Positions 61,069-64,000 of a stretch of 64,000 bases of DNA are shown here, in pieces. The stretch covers positions 64,001 to 128,000 of the forward strand of contig JBPRGF010000023.1 of assembly GCA_051418015.1 (NCBI GenBank), read 5' to 3'. The notes under the pieces were generated by a model, which saw only the letters and a program-made list of their open reading frames with translations, was not told the DNA's origin and ran no database searches. This DNA comes from Candidatus Nitrospinota bacterium M3_3B_026. Its GTDB lineage: Bacteria; Nitrospinota_A; UBA7883; JBPRGF01. The first letter of the stretch is position 1. The number at the start of each line of letters is the position of its first letter. The position numbers and the translations under genes are program-made.

Positions 61069-62565
61069 CTAGACGCCTTTCTTGCCGCCAAGGACTATGG
61101 CGTTGGATACGAGCTGGTGGACGCTGGCGACAACGTCCATGTCGATTCCGTAGTATGGCAGGACTTTGGTGAACTGGGCCTTGCAGATGGCGCATATCGA
61201 CGCCATGGTGTTCACCCCGTTCCTGTCCATAACGTCCTTGAGCGCCTCGGCCCTCGGCTGGGCGCCGCGGACGCGGACGTTCATCAGCTCGTCGGTCAGA
61301 AGCCCTCCCCCGCCGCCGCAACAGAAAGTTTTCTCGCGGATGGTGTCCTCGTCCATGTCGACGTAGTTGTTGCAGACGGCCCTTATCAGCTCCCGCGGAA
61401 GCTCGAACTGGCCGCCGGGCCTGTCGCCCATCCTCGACGCCCGCGCGACGTTGCAGGAGTCGTGGAAGGTCACCACGTGTTCGTCGTTGGCGGTTTTGTC
61501 TATCTTTATCCCGTCGCGTTTTATCAGGTCGAGGGTGAACTCCACTATATGCGTGGGGTTCTTGTATTTCGGGTCGAGGAAATCCCACGGGCCGATCAGC
61601 GTGTTCCAGAAGCTGTAACCGACGCGCCAGGCGTGGCCGCACTCGCCCACGATGATCCGCTTGACGCCGAGGTCCTCGGCGGCCTCGCGGATCCTGTGGG
61701 CCACCTTGCGCATCACTTCGAAATTTCCGATGAACATCCCGAAGTTGGCGAACTCCGAGGCGTGGGAACTGACCGTCCAGGAGACGCCCGCCTCGTGAAA
61801 AACTTTTCCGTAGCCAGTGAAACCTTCTATGTGCGGGGAACTGAAAAAATCCGCCGAAGGCGGTATCAGCAGAACATCGGCGCCCTTCTGGTCGAGCGGA
61901 TACTTGACGGCGACGCCGTCCTCCTCCTCGACGTCCTCCTCGACGAACTCCAGAGTGTTCGCCAGGGCGTTTTTCTGAAGACCCAGGTTGTTGCCGGCGT
62001 TGAGGACCTTGTTGAGTATCTCGTTGCAGTACTTCTGGCCCATCCCGATGCTGTCCATGATCTCCCGGGCGGCCATCGATATCTCCGCCGTGTCGATGCC
62101 GTAGGGGCAGAAAACCGAGCAGCGGCGGCACTGGGAGCACTGGTGAAAATAGTTCCACCAGTCGTCCAGGACATCTTCCGTCAGCTCCTCGGCCCGGACG
62201 AGGCCGGGAGCGACCTTGCCGCCGACCGTAAAGTATTTGCGGTAAACCTTCCGCAGAAGCTCCTGGCGGGCCACCGGCATGTTGTTCGGGTCGCCGGTGC
62301 CAATGTAATAGTGGCACTTGTCCGCGCAGGAGCCGCATTTCACACAGATGTCCAGGAAAAGCCGCAGGGACTTGTACTTGCCAAGAAGCTCGCCCATCTT
62401 CTCGACGGCGGCCTCCTGCCAGTTGTCGACCAGCTTTCCGGGAAAGCCCAGGCCCGTGTTGTGCTCCTCGGCGGCCGGGTTCGGCCTGTCCGGCAGGGCG
62501 CCCTCCGGGTTCACTTCTGGTATCTTTATTTTTCCCGTTATCTCCGGCGCCTTGACGTCAGCCAA
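61069..62565 (-). CDS. dsrK: DsrK, cytoplasmic Fe-S/CCG subunit of the DsrMK(JOP) complex
   Basis: CVKCGSCADKCH, CSQCRRCSVFCPYGID, GECGH, FHDSCN, CCGGGGG and CAICK; adjacent to dsrM. Confidence 0.92.
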   Translation of the reverse strand: MADVKAPEITGKIKIPEVNPEGALPDRPNPAAEEHNTGLGFPGKLVDNWQEAAVEKMGELLGKYKSLRLFLDICVKCGSCADKCHYYIGTGDPNNMPVARQELLRKVYRKYFTVGGKVAPGLVRAEELTEDVLDDWWNYFHQCSQCRRCSVFCPYGIDTAEISMAAREIMDSIGMGQKYCNEILNKVLNAGNNLGLQKNALANTLEFVEEDVEEEDGVAVKYPLDQKGADVLLIPPSADFFSSPHIEGFTGYGKVFHEAGVSWTVSSHASEFANFGMFIGNFEVMRKVAHRIREAAEDLGVKRIIVGECGHAWRVGYSFWNTLIGPWDFLDPKYKNPTHIVEFTLDLIKRDGIKIDKTANDEHVVTFHDSCNVARASRMGDRPGGQFELPRELIRAVCNNYVDMDEDTIREKTFCCGGGGGLLTDELMNVRVRGAQPRAEALKDVMDRNGVNTMASICAICKAQFTKVLPYYGIDMDVVASVHQLVSNAIVLGGKKGV

Positions 62566-62586
62566 TTTCGTCCTCTCTCGAAAAAA

Positions 62587-63318
62587 TTATCCTTTAGCCC
62601 AGGGGTTGACGTGCCTTACCTCGCGGCAATCGTCCACCTGGGCGCGTGTCGGCGAAAAGAATATCCCGCCCATGTGCATCAGCTTGGAGAACGGGAAATA
62701 GACCATCAGCGCCATCACCAGCAGAAGATGGATCATGAACATCACGTCCACCGGCATCGGCGCCGGGGAAAAGGTCACGATCCCCATCATGAAGTTCTTG
62801 ATCGCCGTCACGTCGGCGCGAATCAGAAATTTCATCACCAGCCCGGAAAGGGCGATCAGCCCGATCAGTATCAGCGCGAAATAGTCCGCCCCGCTGGTGA
62901 TGTAATATGTCCTGTCCACGACCAGCCTTCTGATGAAAAGGTAGACAGCCGCCAGCAGCAAGATCACCCCCGCCCAGACGCCCGGATGACCCGCCAGGAC
63001 GACAAACTCCGGCACGGGGGTCAGAAAATACCGCAAATGACGGACGAGGACCAGCGCCAGGGCGGCGTGAAAGGCGTATCCGCCGAGCCATGTCCACTTG
63101 TTCCCCTTGAACAGGCTGGTGAACAGGAAGACCTCCCCGGCCATCCGCGCCACGACGCCGGTATTCGTCACCGGCGCGGGGGTGGTGGGAATCTTCAGGG
63201 GGGACGGCGTCGCGGCGTAGCCGTACACCTTGTACAGGAATCCGCCGATGAAAACGGCGGACGACAGGTAGAAAAGCGTGATGAACACTATCGAAAGACC
63301 GGTAACCTGCTCCTCCAT
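62587..63318 (-). CDS. dsrM: DsrM, NarI-like heme b membrane subunit
   Basis: PLKIPTTPAP, FH...RHLRYF, IHLLLV, FPFSKLMH and FFSPTR. Confidence 0.92.
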   Translation of the reverse strand: MEEQVTGLSIVFITLFYLSSAVFIGGFLYKVYGYAATPSPLKIPTTPAPVTNTGVVARMAGEVFLFTSLFKGNKWTWLGGYAFHAALALVLVRHLRYFLTPVPEFVVLAGHPGVWAGVILLLAAVYLFIRRLVVDRTYYITSGADYFALILIGLIALSGLVMKFLIRADVTAIKNFMMGIVTFSPAPMPVDVMFMIHLLLVMALMVYFPFSKLMHMGGIFFSPTRAQVDDCREVRHVNPWAKG

Positions 63319-63363
63319 CGCGCGCTCTAAAACCCCCTCCAGAAAACCAGCGTCAATCCGGTG

Positions 63364-63409
63364 AAAAAGACCGGCCCCGGCCGTCGCCGCGGAGCCGCGC
63401 GGGGCCGTC
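63364..63409 (-). terminator. Terminator-like hairpin between dsrL and dsrM
   Basis: The minus strand reads GACGGCCCCG...CGGGGCCGGTC TTTTT. Confidence 0.4.
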
Positions 63410-63465
63410 CCCGCCGTCCTCCCTCCCCTTTCGATGAAGACCGGCGGGGCGGGAGCCGGCGGGCC

Positions 63466-64000
63466 TTACAGCCCCATGCCCATGTCGATATAGCCGCAGG
63501 GGCACACCTCGGCGCAGACGTGGCAGCCGTTGCACCGCGTGTAGTCGGTGAACATGACGTACCCTTGCGGGCGCTTCTTGTCTCGCTCGATGGCCTCCCG
63601 CGGGCAGTATATCCTGCACTCGTCGCAGACGAAGCAGAGTCCGCAGCTCATGCACCGCTCCGCCTCCGCCACGGCCTGCTCTTGTGTCAGCGCCTGGAAA
63701 ATCTCGCCGAAAGAGTGGCCCCGCTCCTCCGGGGGGACGGCCGTCTCCTCGTTGCGCGGCAGGGTTTCGTAATAGTCCAGCCGCATGTCCGTATGCTTGA
63801 TCGGGCGCGGCTTCGGCGGGGCCATGTGCCTCGTCCCCTTCAGGAAGGCGTCGATGTTAAGCGCCGCCTTGCGCCCCTCGCCCACGGAGCGGGTGGATAT
63901 GCCGAGCCCTTGCGCGTCGCCCCCGGCGAAGACTCCCTTGATTCCCGTCATCATGTCCGGGCCGACCTTTATCCAGCCCCACTCGTCGGCCACCTTCTTC
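63466..64000 (-). CDS. dsrL: DsrL, C-terminal part (5'-truncated by the window edge)
   Basis: GVFAGGD flavoprotein motif, EAERCMSCGLCFVCDECRIYCP and CNGCHVCAEVCPCGYIDMGMG; lies upstream of dsrMK. Confidence 0.85.
   Translation of the reverse strand, partial: KKVADEWGWIKVGPDMMTGIKGVFAGGDAQGLGISTRSVGEGRKAALNIDAFLKGTRHMAPPKPRPIKHTDMRLDYYETLPRNEETAVPPEERGHSFGEIFQALTQEQAVAEAERCMSCGLCFVCDECRIYCPREAIERDKKRPQGYVMFTDYTRCNGCHVCAEVCPCGYIDMGMGL

Overview
GC-rich bacterial chromosome segment made up mostly of core genes. These include prfB (with its +1 programmed frameshift), rho-rpmE-prfA-prmC-murA, fabD-fabG-acpP-fabF-rnc-queE, pabBC, purN, purE, lolA, rseP, glgB, fur and tRNA-Leu(CAG). Sulfur and electron-transfer genes are prominent: dsrL(partial)-dsrM-dsrK of oxidative appearance, an Rrf2/CymR-type regulated operon (APS reductase, TauE, and a sulfite reductase with HEPN-like and TusA domains), a secreted 7-CXXCH cytochrome with a PPIase, and two tri-heme cytochromes. 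The gene content would fit a sulfur-oxidising Nitrospinota-like organism; this is an unverified inference. The standout is one 697-aa ORF directly behind DUF4390-ntrY. It joins an NtrX-type receiver and a degenerate sigma54-type AAA+ domain to an apparently intact LpxC in place of the DNA-binding HTH, which suggests a two-component system whose output is the committed enzyme of lipid A synthesis. Also present are an unannotated microprotein operon followed by a structured hairpin, several REP/MITE-like repeats (one inserted into a terminator), and candidate CymR, Fur and ECF sites. I saw no CRISPR array, rRNA, integrase or transposase. All family assignments come from motif recognition, not database searches.
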